DNA of 63,623 nt, counting the filler, from Hausera hauseri (lineage: Eukaryota), in the NCBI GenBank assembly GCA_046269625.1. It is 11 parts of 11 records of this genome, joined end to end, with 100 filler letters (N's around TTAATTAATTAA, not from the genome) between each part and the next. Parts side by side here need not be neighbours in the genome. Positions count along the whole stretch, not along the records: positions 1 to 7,908 come from JBJURY010884290.1; positions 8,009 to 14,848 come from JBJURY010060107.1; 9 more parts are not named here. One strand, given 5' to 3'. The notes below the pieces were generated by a model. It was not told the DNA's origin. It did not search any database and saw only the letters and a list, made by a program, of their open reading frames with translations. Made by a program: the position numbers and the translations under genes. Of the stretch, positions 1 through 12,354 are shown piece by piece. The number at the start of each line of letters is the position of its first letter. Positions within the stretch are counted from its first letter, which is position 1.

Positions 1-92
1 ATTTTTTATCTTTCTTTTATATTTATATGCCGCCGCCAAGAAACTCGTAATCATAAATGGGGTCGTGAATGAAAAAAGTTTAAGAAGCCCTG
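1..92. mobile_element. 3' end/TIR of a hAT (Charlie-like) DNA transposon or MITE
   Basis: Ends ...ggggtcgtgaatgaaaaaagtttaagaagccctg (reverse complement CAGGGCTTCTTAAACT, a Charlie-type TIR), followed by gtttaggg, resembling the nTnTAGAn target. Confidence 0.5.
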
Positions 93-290
93 GTTTAGGG
101 TAACAATATATAACGTCTTTGCGGGATTTTTCTACTTAATTTATGACTTACAAACATCTCTGTCGAATTAACTTAAACATCCACACTGCATAATAGTGGA
201 CTAGTTTTGAGACTTGTAAAATTTATACGCGTATATTAAAAAGGTCATTAAAATTAATATCACTAACTAATGTCACTAAACTATCAAAAT

Positions 291-3000
291 GGGTGGTCCT
301 TATTTTCGAAAATTTGAAATGTATACCTCCGACGCTTTAAATTTGTTTATTTATATGACACGATGATCAAGTATAAATATAATGAGAGTAGGACAATATT
401 TGAGGTGGACCAAGCTTCTTTTTATCATAGTTCTATATCGAAAACGTAAATTTTCAACATCAACGTATGCTTATTTTTATTTTATTTTACTTTTTGATGC
501 TATTTTTATTTGGGTCAACATTCTTTGAGATATTGTTTATGTCTACAAACAACATGTGAAACATACGAAAAAGTTATTTATTCTTAAATATCTTGAAATG
601 TAATTAGAGTTTTCGTTTAAGATAATCTGTACTCGACAGTGTGCACTCTGCCTGTCTACAATTCTACATACAAAATAAATAACAGTATAATTTACAATTC
701 CATTACTGCCAAATATTATTCTTCATTCCGAATAATTTCTTTTACTTTGCAGTCTACACTTTACAGTCTACTAGCCAGCAATGATAGCAGACTCCCCAGA
801 AACACGCAGCAAGTCAACCGTGTAACTTCTAGGTATCTCAAACACCCAGCTGTCTACCATCCGTCTGGCATTAAATGATGAATTACTTTGTCTGTTTTGC
901 CACCAACACCTCAATTATTGTTTGGCAATACACCAGGCATCAGCAAATGTGATAGAATAGGTTATCAAAGTTTGGAAAATAGCTCGTATTCCTACAAACA
1001 CATGCAATCATCAAGTTGGAACAGATGCATAAAAAATGGAGAAATCTGAAAAAGCACAAATCACGCAAGTCAGAGCAACATAGATCTAATGAAGTCAAAT
1101 TTTGTATCAAGATGAATGACCTCTTTGATATTGCTCATGCTGGTTCGAAAACAATGATTAAAATTCCAGAAGACCTAGAGTTTCTAACAGCAGAACTTGA
1201 GCCCGGTGGACGAGGTTACATCGGAGCCATTCATTCAGGACTGGCAGCAAAGGGAAGAACACACAACCGAGCATAAAGAGCTAGAAATGTCGAGGTGAGA
1301 GCGTACACAGACAAAGAACCAGGCAGCAAAGGAATCATGCATCAGTTTGTTACTGTTACAGGAAGATCTGGAAGAGGGTACCAGCCGTAGTAGCAATGAG
1401 TCTAATTATAATACATTTAAGTACAGGTCTTCTAACTGTACCCTTCCACCAAAAAGAATTAGAGTAAGAAGAAAGGTGATAACACCAAAGCTAGCTGCTG
1501 CATTAGATCGCATCAAGTTGAGTGACAGAAAAGCCACTTTCATAATTCCTGAAACTGCTAAGAGTCTTGGACATAACATAGGTGATTTTTGCATCAACCG
1601 CGGTTCAATCAAGCGTCAGCGAGAAATACATAGAATGGAAATAACAGCTGCTTTGAAAAACGAGTTCTCAGGTGATTTACCTTTGGTGATTCATTGGGAT
1701 AGTAAACTGATGGCAGATCTCTGTGGGAAAGACCATGTCGACCGTCTTCCAATTATAGTTACAGGCCTTGGTGTCTGTCAGCTGCTGAAGGGAAGCAAGA
1801 TTGCAGATGGAACAGGCAAAAATCAAGCAGCAACAGTAGTGCAAGCATGGAAGAGTATAATCTCAAGGATCGTGTGGTTGGAATGTGTTTCGACACAACA
1901 AATTCGAACATAGGTATCATCACTGGTGCTTGTATTGAAATTAAGAGAACACTTGGGATTTGTTGCATTTACCATGTCGCCACCATATAATGGAGATCCT
2001 GCTGGCAGCTGCGCTTTTAGCAAGCCTAGATCCCTCACCTGCTCCAGAGGTCCTGCTTTTTAAGAGATTTCGGCAGAAGTGGTCCTGCATTTTTGATACA
2101 TGTGAAGGAAATTTCTGACACTCTTAAGTAGGAAATAACGGACTTTGCTCACATACAGTTGATGTGCCAGTCAGCACGATATGACTACCGTGTATTCATT
2201 GAGCTCGCAATCATCTTTTTAGGAGGCTCACCAGCTCGTGAAATTCGCTTCATAGCTCTAGGTGCAATGTGCTATGCCAGATGATTATTAAAATTCATTT
2301 ACTCACTGAAAGTGTGGATGTTAAGGTCACAATTCAAGATCACGGCATTTGAAGAGAAAGGTTTCCACAAATTTTGCATTTTTGCTGTTGTAGTTTACCT
2401 GAAGGCCTGGTTCACTGCACTCCTAGCTACCTGTGAACCTCGCAATAATTTTTGCTTGCTTCAGACCCTGTATAACTACAAACAACATTATGAAGCAATA
2501 TCAAATGCCGCTTGTAAGAAGCTTGTACACCATCTGTAGTACTTGTCTGAATATTCTGTGGGTCTGGCTTTCTTTGATCCTGAAGTACAATTCGAGACCA
2601 AACAAAAAATGGTGGGCGTACTGCTGTCAACGCAACCTGACAGTTAATCAATTGGCCCAAAGAGAATCACTTTACCAGCCAGCGAAGCATCAGAGCACAA
2701 CTTGGAGATTTTGTTACTTCAAATACTCGCAATTTTCTTAGTTATCTGCACATTGGATCCTATTTCTTATTGGTAAACCCGAAAACATGGGAAGAAAGAA
2801 ATGACTATACGGCAGGCAGAGAAGTCATCAGCAAGCTTTTGGTCACGAATGTCAATGCTAAAAAGATGTAGTCCTTGTGCAGGATTTAAACCACCTCATC
2901 ACCTATGATGAGGAGCAATTCCAGTTCTTGCTACAAATTGTAGCTGATGATCGGCATCGCCACCCGGACTGCCGAGAATCGTTGCTACAGGAACTGTAAC
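291..3000 (+). mobile_element. Decayed DNA transposon, Sola2-like ('Cc8K15.2-like') transposase pseudogene
   Basis: Frameshifted pieces: TPKLAAALDRIKLSDRKA, VIHWDSKLM..DRLPIIV, GTG..QA, CFDTTNSN, CRHHIME, YLKAWF. Candidate left end AAAT|GGGTGGTCCTTATTTT at 291. Superfamily name is from memory of motifs. Confidence 0.6.
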
Positions 3001-3994
3001 ACGCTGTCACTTAAAATGACACGTACGTCAGTTAGACAATAGATATTAGACAAACACATAACTTGTTGTAAGCAGTATTTCAATGTTTATTGTTGAACTG
3101 ATTGCTGATTGTTGATACTGTTCACTGCTCAGATTAATAAAACTGCCAAAGTATCAGTTTGGCAGTATTATACAGATTTCGTAGAATAATATTGTTCAAT
3201 CATCACTAATTACTTTGGGAGAGACTTTTACGTAAGTGATTAATTAATGGGGAGAACAAATATCTTTAACTTAATCAGCCGCTGTGTGTTTACAAATATG
3301 TGAGACGATAGCCTACCTAACTATTAGTAAGTAGTATGTACGGATCGGTCTCTTTTCTTTTCTTTGCTTATTTACTAATGTTTAATATCCTATACTTTAT
3401 TTAGAATTATACGGGCGGTCGTCAGGTAGGTTAGACCTGGTCGACCAAGTGCACCAAGTTAATTAGGGATTACTTAATTACTTTCTTTAATTAATGAAAA
3501 GAAATTGAATGATTTCACAAAAAATGCAAATGATATAATTGTCGAAAGAATACTGGCATACAACTTTATCAAACGAAACAAATAATCAAAGAATAGACTT
3601 ACACGTAGACATCAAAATAAGTAACGCGACAAATCTTAACAGACAAATATTTTCTCATTTTTTCAATGAAAGGATACAGTATATATAGTAGCTACGTATG
3701 TGTCACTACATAATAAAAATATCATTATCACACTATAAAAATGTCCAAATTAGGAAGTATTGCATCGATCATGTCCAATTTAGGACAAATACAATAAAAA
3801 TTGTTATTTTTAAATTGTCAGTTCATATCCGAAATTATATTTTAAATTGCCAGTTCATATATGATGAAATCAGGCTATTTAAATTGTCGATAAATTTAAA
3901 ATCGTCGGCTTGTCGGCAGTCATCAGAAGGATCGGGAGTTTAGGAAAATCGTCCCGAATGTTATGATGTGTGGAGATGCGGAGTAGAGAGACTG

Positions 3995-4960
3995 TTATTG
4001 ATCTAGCGATAACTGAACATGGATGAACTTATCCGAAGTTCGGCTTTTATATCTGATTGCTTCTGGCTCGTAGACTTCATCGTCGATAATTACCGTTTCG
4101 TCTGCTTGAAATTTTCTTTTTCTACCGCAAGAAGATTTTGGTGTTATTCGCACCGAATCGGATGCCGAGGTCTGACTGATGAATTTATTCCATTTAAGTT
4201 GTTTGTATACCGCTTGGTAACATTGTACTAGAGCGGTGCTTTGGAGTGGCATTCCACGAGTATCGTAGAATTTCCTTGACAACTCCTTGTATGTATCTGA
4301 TGTCAACTGATATTTGCGGATAGCCTCTTTGTGATAAAGAATGTCGCGAACTCCGGCTATCCGCCTGATTGGAAATTTACAGTGGTTAACCACCATTTCA
4401 AGGACATCAGCTCCGATAATTATCTTATCTGTGAAAATTTCCGTGATTTTCCGGTAGAATTCATTCGTGTCCATTTGATTGTTTATACGGGACTCAGCTA
4501 AACCCGTCAGATGGGTGTCGAAATTGTTTATTCTTTGTCTGGGAGAGATGACACTGTAAAATATGATTTGGCCATCCAGCGTTATGACCGAACTTTCAAT
4601 CGGTTGTAATTGATTCCATTGGTCATACGCTAAATTAACTGCATCTATGACCATATCTTCATTAGTAGCCTTGTGTATCCGTCTGTAGGGAATTGTTTTG
4701 TAACGTAGGTAATAGAGTTCTGGGAGATTGAAACATTTACCTTCTTGGAGACTTGGATGGGATGTTTCATGCTTTATGATTTCGAATGCAAGCATGATTC
4801 GATTTGAGAGGGAACGAATTTTCAGCGTATTTTCTTTTATAAATTTAAACTCCAAGGCGGGGGCGTGATCCGGATCCATATTTATAACCTCTCCTTTCAT
4901 TGAGGTTTTGCGATTCGTTGTTTTGATGTGAAAATTGCCAGAAATATTGTAAACATTCAT
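3995..4960 (-). CDS. 321-aa ORF with a degenerate REX4/ISG20-like DEDDh 3'-5' exonuclease domain, at the 3' end of a Gypsy element
   Basis: MVIDAVN..SSVITLDGQIIFYSVISPRQRINNFDTHLTGL..KITEIFTDKIIIGADV..VRDI..YKELSRKF aligns with REX4/ISG20 (ARVSIVN.DG..LYD..I.P...I.DY.T..SG..EI..LLKGK..VGH). Catalytic residues mostly lost. Basic NLS-like GRKRK near the C-terminus. Confidence 0.6.
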   Translation of the reverse strand: MNVYNISGNFHIKTTNRKTSMKGEVINMDPDHAPALEFKFIKENTLKIRSLSNRIMLAFEIIKHETSHPSLQEGKCFNLPELYYLRYKTIPYRRIHKATNEDMVIDAVNLAYDQWNQLQPIESSVITLDGQIIFYSVISPRQRINNFDTHLTGLAESRINNQMDTNEFYRKITEIFTDKIIIGADVLEMVVNHCKFPIRRIAGVRDILYHKEAIRKYQLTSDTYKELSRKFYDTRGMPLQSTALVQCYQAVYKQLKWNKFISQTSASDSVRITPKSSCGRKRKFQADETVIIDDEVYEPEAIRYKSRTSDKFIHVQLSLDQ

Positions 4961-5095
4961 TGAATGGTATCTTTCTGGGAGTATTATTAAGTCCAGGAGG
5001 TAAAACGATGCGGCTTTTGTTAATTGGATTAAGGTTAATGATCTATTACTTATACTATAGCCCTTAAGATTATTTGGGATTTGAGGTGTCTGGGG

Positions 5096-7068
5096 CTAAT
5101 TTAGACTGTATGTGTAGTCGTTATGAACTACGTGATATTGATTGGCTGGGGTAGCGTTGATGAAATGAGTTGTGGCATTATTGAACCAGTGTTTCAATCT
5201 GGTGATTGATTGGATCTGATGAGCGGTTGACGTTGATACTGTAAAAAGAAATATCAATAGGAGGTCATTATAGATATCTAAGTACAACACAACGGTTATC
5301 AAACACACAGTGGTAATCGTTGTAGTTTTATGTTTAGTTGATTTTGGTAGGTAACCTGGTGATATATGGTTATCTGTATTAAAGAGGTTGCATAGACAGC
5401 AATCCCTATACTTAACCGTCAGCTGGGATTGTCGGTTGCTAACGGATTCGTTAGCTCACGCAGGTTACTTCGAACCCAGCTTCGTTTCGCTACCATTATC
5501 ATAACTGCTATCGGAACTATCGAACCAATTAATATTATTTCCAGGCGAGAATATTTATATACCGCTCATGATGGCTTTTTAGTTGCTTTATTTTTAACTG
5601 TATTTACCCCATATGATTGTTCTACTTTGTTACTTTTTTGTGATCGCCGTCATTACTTTTGTGGAAGTTACTTTGTCATTGTCATCTAATATTTGNNNNN
5701 NNNNNNNNNNNNNNNNNNNNNNNNNNNNNNNNNNNNNNNNNNNNNNNNNNNNNNNNNNNNNNNNNNNNNNNNNNNNNNNNNNNNNNNNNNNNNNNGTTCT
5801 ACTTTGTTACTTTTTTGTGATCGCCGTCATTACTTTTGTGGAAGTTACTTTGTCATTGTCATCTAATATTTGTAGAATGACTTTGTATCTTGTGTCAGGA
5901 TCCAAGGCTGCACATGGTACTGCCAGGTCGTCAGGTGTTGATTCCCTTTGCTACTATTGTATCTTGCTTCTTGCAGCTGAATTTGACTTTTGCAAAATCA
6001 AGATCTGGTTTAACGTAAATAATTAATGCGGTAGGGGCTGTTACGATGGTTACGTTATTCCATATAGAACGTTTTTGACGATAATATGAAGCGTAGAGTT
6101 TAATTAGTATAGTCATCTCTTTTCTATCAGCCGAGGACCTCACAAACGGCGTCGTGATCTTTTCTTGTATATCATCGTACTCTTTGACTCTTATATCGTA
6201 TGAACATTGTTGGTCCTTTTCGTTCTAATGGATACCTGAATTTGCCGTTCCTTTTTCGAAACAGAATATAATAAACATTGTATATTTTTCTTCTTGTAAC
6301 CATACAACAAACTCTGCTGATTACCTTTAATCCTGCAGACTCTAACTTCCGGAATTATTGTCTCTATTAGCTTTATTGTTATTCGTCGAGTGTCTTCTAA
6401 TTGTCTCATTGTTATAATTTCGATGCAACTTCTTCCGCTTTTAAATTCAATTGGTCTTGCTATTACCTGGTCAAGTATTATTTCGTCTAATAGGATTTCA
6501 TTCATTTGTTGTCTAGTAGTGATTACTATTGATCTAAAAAATTTTGTTTTCTGGCTTCTATAATAGTCTCCTTGTTTCTTTATGAGTGTAAGATATATAT
6601 AATGGATACCTGAGTCGTGTACCATACATTCTGTATGAGTGGTCCCTGTGTGGAGTAGGCAATTATACTGTCGCTCATTAGGATCTCTAGTCATCATGCC
6701 AAGGTATCATTTGTATCCCCATTGTATATGTTGGGGGGCATTTGTTCTAACATACTCCAAATCATTACTTTCTGACCTTTCTCTGAATATGTTATTTTAT
6801 ACCGTAGAGCTTTCATTAACAGATGTTCTTGTATAGCTATGGCATGTCTTTATTTTGCTCGTTCGATTTCTGAATTAGTCATCTGTCCTATTACTCCAGG
6901 CAATAACAAGATGATAATTAATAATAAACCCTTTAGCAAATGATGAGGTTCATTAGTTAAGTCTACTTTGCTTGCTTTTTCATTAATACTTAGTACTACC
7001 TCTTTCTCGCCTTTCCTTAACTCACTTTCTTTGGAGGCGGGTTTACATCTATTAACGTAGACCTTCAC
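5096..7068 (-). pseudogene. Decayed post-integrase membrane/secreted protein of a Gypsy element (signal peptide, FN3-like segment, hydrophobic segment)
   Basis: Integrase tail VKVYVNRCKP runs in frame into LLKGLLLIIILLLPGVIG (signal-like). CAALDPDTRYKVIL at ~5914-5870 is an FN3-like L-P-x3-Y motif. Hydrophobic TVCLITVVLYL..LLLIFLFTV at ~5310-5235. Several stops and frameshifts. Confidence 0.5.
5696..5795. other. 100-N scaffold gap flanked by a duplicated 77-bp overlap
   Basis: 5619-5695 is repeated identically at 5796-5872. Confidence 0.9.
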
Positions 7069-7908
7069 AGAGGTGTTATTCTTTTTAGTAATAGTTCATA
7101 TAGGTTTTGCAATTTTGCTAAAATCCTTTGTAAATCTTCCATAATAGTTTGCTAAACCTAAAAATTGACGTAATTCTTTGACTGTACCTGGCTTTGGAAA
7201 ATCTCTTATTTTTCCTAACAGCTTGTGTTGCGGTTTTACACCATGTCTATTTATTCTATGCTCGAGGAAATCTACTTCCGTTTGAGCAAATGAACACTTC
7301 TTTTTGTTTATTTTTAGACCCAATATTTCGCATCTATCGAAGAGATCTTGTAGATCCCTTAGATATTGTTGAAAATTTGGTGATGATATTATTACATCAT
7401 CTATATATACCATGGTATGTGGGGCATCTAACAACAGGAGTTCTGTCCCGCTCTGAAATGTTGGCGGTCCATTCTTTAATCCAAATGGCATCCTATTAAA
7501 CTCCCATAGCCCTTCTTCAATTGAGAAGGCTATCTTTGGTTTGTCTTCTTCTTTCACCTCCACTTGCCAGTAAACCTTTTGTAAATCGATGGTTGAGAAT
7601 ATTGTTGATCCTTGTAGTTTATCTAGTATTTTGTCAATTTTTGGTAATGGATGTGTATCCGTTTCCGTTATTTCGTTTAATGCCCTAGAGTCTATACAAA
7701 ATCTCAGTTCCGTTTTTTTTGACCATTACCACTGGCGCTGTCCATGGGGAACAACTTGGTCGAATTATCTTGTTTTCTCTCATTTCTTTTATTATTTTAC
7801 ACGCTTCCTCTTTTTTATCATATGCTAATCGATACGGTCTTTTCTTAATTGGTTTATCTTGTCCATCCTTTAACTTAATGGTATGCTGTATTATTTTCAT
7901 TGTGCCTA
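7069..7908 (-). mobile_element. Ty3/Gypsy reverse transcriptase (family B); RNase H and integrase internally deleted
   Basis: KKRPYRL, SPWTAPVVMV, FNRMPFGLKNGPPTFQ, VYIDDV, LRQFLGLANYY. The RT thumb (AKP.YELL) joins the integrase tail directly near 7090. Confidence 0.9.
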
Positions 7909-8008
7909 NNNNNNNNNNNNNNNNNNNNNNNNNNNNNNNNNNNNNNNNNNNNTTAATTAATTAANNNNNNNNNNNNNNNNNNNNNNNNNNNNNNNNNNNN
8001 NNNNNNNN
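7909..8008. other. Artificial contig linker
   Basis: N44-TTAATTAATTAA-N44 (stops in all six frames). Identical linkers at 14849-14948, 19467-19566, 23840-23939, 31285-31384, 38227-38326, 42783-42882, 46950-47049, 52982-53081 and 59510-59609. Confidence 0.97.
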
Positions 8009-8930
8009 AACGAGTATGGTTTTTTTCCTCAAAAACAAATTGTGCACACTGTGTTGCAGGTCTATTGTTGCACGTACATCAAGTGTTCAACGACATTTCA
8101 CCAAACACAAATCATTCCTATCAAATTTGGATGACACAGATGAAGCAGAGTTTGTGTAAAAAATGTTTAGTCATAAGGGAAACAAACTGGCATTTTTGTT
8201 ACATTTGCCACGAGACATGAAACAGCAACCAAAGTTAGTTACACTACTGTGTGCGTATAGCTCGAAGGGTAAACCTTTCATTAATGGGAAATTTCTTAAG
8301 AAAACTTTCCTGAAATGTGCAGCAGAATTGTATGACGGTTTTACCAACAAAAACCATATTCTGATAAATATTTAAGACATGCCATTGTGAGCTAGAAGCA
8401 TTCAACACCGTGCATGTGATCTCGCTGGTGACTTCAATAAGCAATTAAAAACTGATCTGGCAAATAGTAATGTTGTTAGTTTGACTTTAGATGAAAGCAT
8501 TGATATTAATGATGTTGCACGTTTAATGATTATTGCACGATTTTTTTTCGGCAACACGTAAAACAGTGATCAAAGAAGTATGTTCTGTACAACAACGGAT
8601 CAGGACATCTTCAATATTGTCAGTGACGTTGTTGAACTACATAATACTATCGGAATCCGGAACAAAATATTTTCTGTTACTACTGATGGAGCAAAATCAA
8701 TGATTGGTACTAACAATGGTTTAGTAAGTCTGTTACAAAAAGAAATTGGACGATCTGTGATAGTTTTCCATTGTGTTAATCACCAAGAAAATTTGTGCGC
8801 AAAAATTTTGTCTAATGAACTTAAAGTGATGACTGATGTGACAAAAATTATGAATGTTACCGTAGTACCTTCATCATTAACACAGGCGATTCGGGTCTTT
8901 GTTGGATGAAATGGAAGGTAATTATGGCTC
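8009..8930 (+). mobile_element. hAT (Charlie/GTF2IRD2-like) transposase pseudogene
   Basis: KPFINGKFLK, SLTLDESIDINDVARLMIIARF, TTDQDIF, SVTTDGAKSMIG.NNG, FHCVNHQENLCAK. Confidence 0.85.
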
Positions 8931-10209
8931 ACGGTTCACCGAGATTCTGATTCTCCATATATGATTTCTTATCTTTTTACGCTTAAATATTTCTGATTTT
9001 GATTCTTTAGGGCGACAAAAATTATGGGGCTTCTACACCACCAACTTTCGAATCCATATTATTCGAAAAATAATTGACCGATTTAAGAACGGTTTGTACA
9101 GTTATATAGATAACCGTTTTCTTGATCGATTTGAGCTGTTTTCACGTTCGAATTATCCATATTGGAGCTATCGGAAAATCAATATTATTGATTTTCACCA
9201 TTTTCGAATAGTGCACCAAATGTTTCATGTACATACGTCGATGCGGATACACTAGCACTATCGATTAGCACTTTCACCTTATTGATTTATTAATTGATGC
9301 ACTATAGATTTATCGATTTTCACACGCAATCGATTATCGGTTACCATGGAAACAGTAATCATGCCAACGGTCTTCATGCGCAGTATCTAATGAATGCTGT
9401 CAATGGTAAAGTTTCATAGTTACGGACCCCAAAGGTTGGTGTAGAAAACCAATTTTTCTCCTACAAATGTTCCAGCTTAGATGCATTTGACATGTTCCGT
9501 CAGTTGTCTACAATTCAAACTTCTTCAGAGATTTCACTTACACCTCGGAGATGAATTCTGTTAGAAATGTCAGTTATCATACAGTTGACGAATTACTGCT
9601 ACTGTGGTCAAAGGCAGCCATACCGATGATACGAAAGGACCATGCGATAGAAAAACTGGAAACCTTTCAAAAGTAATAGCGTCTACTAAAAAAGTACAAA
9701 TGACGTTCATCAGAGTCGCACAATGCTGCAGAAGAGATAGCTTTGTTGTTTGACATTGCATACAGATGCGTTGCTGTCGATAAAAATGCAAGAATACAAA
9801 GATCTCCTTATTGACCAGCGTAGTGAAAGGAAGATGTACATGTCAACAGCAGACTAAGATATACAGAAAAAGAAACAGAGGTCACATGAAAAAATCAAGA
9901 GAAAGAATGTACTGGGATTTATCAGTAACACGCTCGGTGGGCCAACAAAAACCAGTGGTAATGTTGGAACATCATTTCAAAAAATATTTGTTAAACATTT
10001 AATTGCCACTTAGGAGAGTCGCTCTCCATCTTCAAGATCTAAATCAAAATATAAACTGCTTATGTGAAGAAACAACAAACCTCAAATGTATACAGAATGG
10101 CGACAAACTAAATTATTGCAAAAATCAGAATTTATGAAATAAATTATATTTTCACAGAATTTTTTAATTTTTATTAATAAATTTACCATAATTACATTTA
10201 CTATATTTA

Positions 10210-12300
10210 TTAAAATAATTTGAGCAATTGGACAGATTTGCTCTGAATATTTAAATCAGGTTTCCCTGATTTTATCAGAATCGCCTCAGCCATTGCTCGT
10301 TCTTTATAATTACTAAAACCCTTACTTATGATTTTAAATTCGGATATATTAATTCTGTTGTTACGATTTCTACAATTTGAACCATGATCAAAGAGTGTTT
10401 TACTACCAACACCCCTACAATGATCAGCTACTCTTGTGCGAAGATGACGTGAAGTCTCTCCAATGTATGAGCTGTTGCACCCATGACAATCAAATTTATA
10501 TACAAGGTTAGACTGAACATCGAGTGGTGTGGCAGATTTATTACTAAATAGATCAATGATTCGCTTAGTAGTAAACATAACATTTAAATTGGCTTCTTTA
10601 GGCAATAATTTTAAAATTTTTGACTTTAATTCCTTAGAACCCTCTGAGAACGGCAATTTTAAAATTGATCGATATTTTAAATTTATATGTTTATTGTCTT
10701 TATCGTTTTCTATGCCGAAGGTTTCTGGAATGTTTTCTATTAAACCACCTGGATCGAAGTTATGCAAATCATTTGTGGTTTGATTAGAGTTCGTCAAATT
10801 ATTGTTTTCTGTATTTGTTTTCGGTGAATAGAATTTGTCCAACACTTTTCTAATGGCGTTGTATATTAAATAATCCGGATAACCATTATTGTTTAAAATG
10901 TTTTTTAAATTTTCAAATGCCTTGTTCATACTTTGAAAATCCGAACACAGTCTGTATGTTCTGTACGATAGACAAGACAGAAGATTTCTATTATACTTTC
11001 TGTCAGAGAAACTTGATAAAGTTGTATATAATCCTGTGTCGGTTGGTTTTCGATATATTTGTGTGTTGAATTTATTTGACAACCGCTCAATAAGTATGTC
11101 CAAAAAAGCAATTTTATTCTCCTTTTCCAATTCGCAAGTAAATTTAATATTTTGATGCATATTGTTCAAGAAGTTCAAAAATAATGGTACGTCGTTCGGA
11201 GAATTAAAAATCATGAATATGTCATCCACGTAGCGTTTGTATATCCGTGGTTTGTATTCCAGATCGCGGGGAATTTGCTTTTCGAAGTGGTCTAAAAATA
11301 TAGATGCCAAAGTTGGGGCTAATGGTGAGCCCATCGCAACTCCATCTATTTGCTCGAACCATTTGTCATCAAACAGAAATTTTACGTTCTTAGTGCAAAA
11401 GATTAAGAGTTCCTTTAGTGCATTCGACGATATGTCTTTGGTAAAATTCGAAGCATTCCAAAGCTCCACACACAAATCAATAGTGGAATCTAGTGGAACG
11501 TTTGTAAAAAGACTCTCAATGTCAAATGACACCATAATCTCATTAGGGCCTTGGCATGTTTGGTTGATTATAAAATCCGCAAACTCAAACGAATCTTTAC
11601 ATTTATTTTCATTATTAATCAACCTTTTTAGAAAATGGTCTAACAATTTTGCTATCTTGTATTGGGCAGTATTCATTAAAGACAAGACCAGTCTCATAGA
11701 CATTCCACTTTTATGAACTTTTGGGAGTCCATAAAGTTTAGGTGGTTGACTGCCACTGAACTATAAATCCTTTACTATATCAGATGTTATTTGACCAGAC
11801 TGAAATAAGGATTTTAGTAAGGAATGTAATCTTTTATCCTCTTTCACTGGTATAGGTTCAGCATTTCGACGCAATTTTAATTCTCGAAATTTGTCATCAC
11901 TAATGATCTTAGTTAATTTATTTATGTAATTAGACTTATTCATGACGACGAGACTATTACCCTTGTCGAAGTTTCATATACAAATTTCACGGTTGCTCTT
12001 AAGTTTATTTAGTACGTTAAATTCGTCTAATTTTAGCATCTTGCTTTTCTTTATATAACTATTTATAATGTTAAGCCATTTGCCCTTGTCCTCATAAAAA
12101 TTAATATTCCTTTAGCATAGTTTTTCATAAAAAGTTTCAAAAATACTTTTAATTAAAATGTCATTAAATCTCTATTGAATACCATGTCTTGGACCAAATT
12201 TTAGTAAATCGGTTTCAGAATGGGTTAATGCGCAATTTGAAATATTTATTATAGTATTTCGTACTTTAAATTCTAATACACTGTAACAATTTTATAGCTT
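10210..12300 (-). mobile_element. Penelope-like retroelement: RT + GIY-YIG endonuclease (10210-11703 open; 5' part decayed)
   Basis: DKGN.LVVM, PKLYGLPKVHK, VSFDIESLFTNVP, DGVAMGSPLAP, YKRYVDDIF, YRKPTDTGLY; C-terminal NLVYKFDCHGCNSSYIGETSRHLRTRVADH and EAILIK..KPDLN. Confidence 0.95.
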
Positions 12301-12354
12301 AATTAATTTACTTAGTGGTCCAGTAATTTTTTCATTTACTTTTGCAGTTATTAG

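Noticed and set aside
5619-5872. 77-bp direct repeat and the 137-aa ORF across it
   Set aside because: Unmerged overlap on either side of an N gap.
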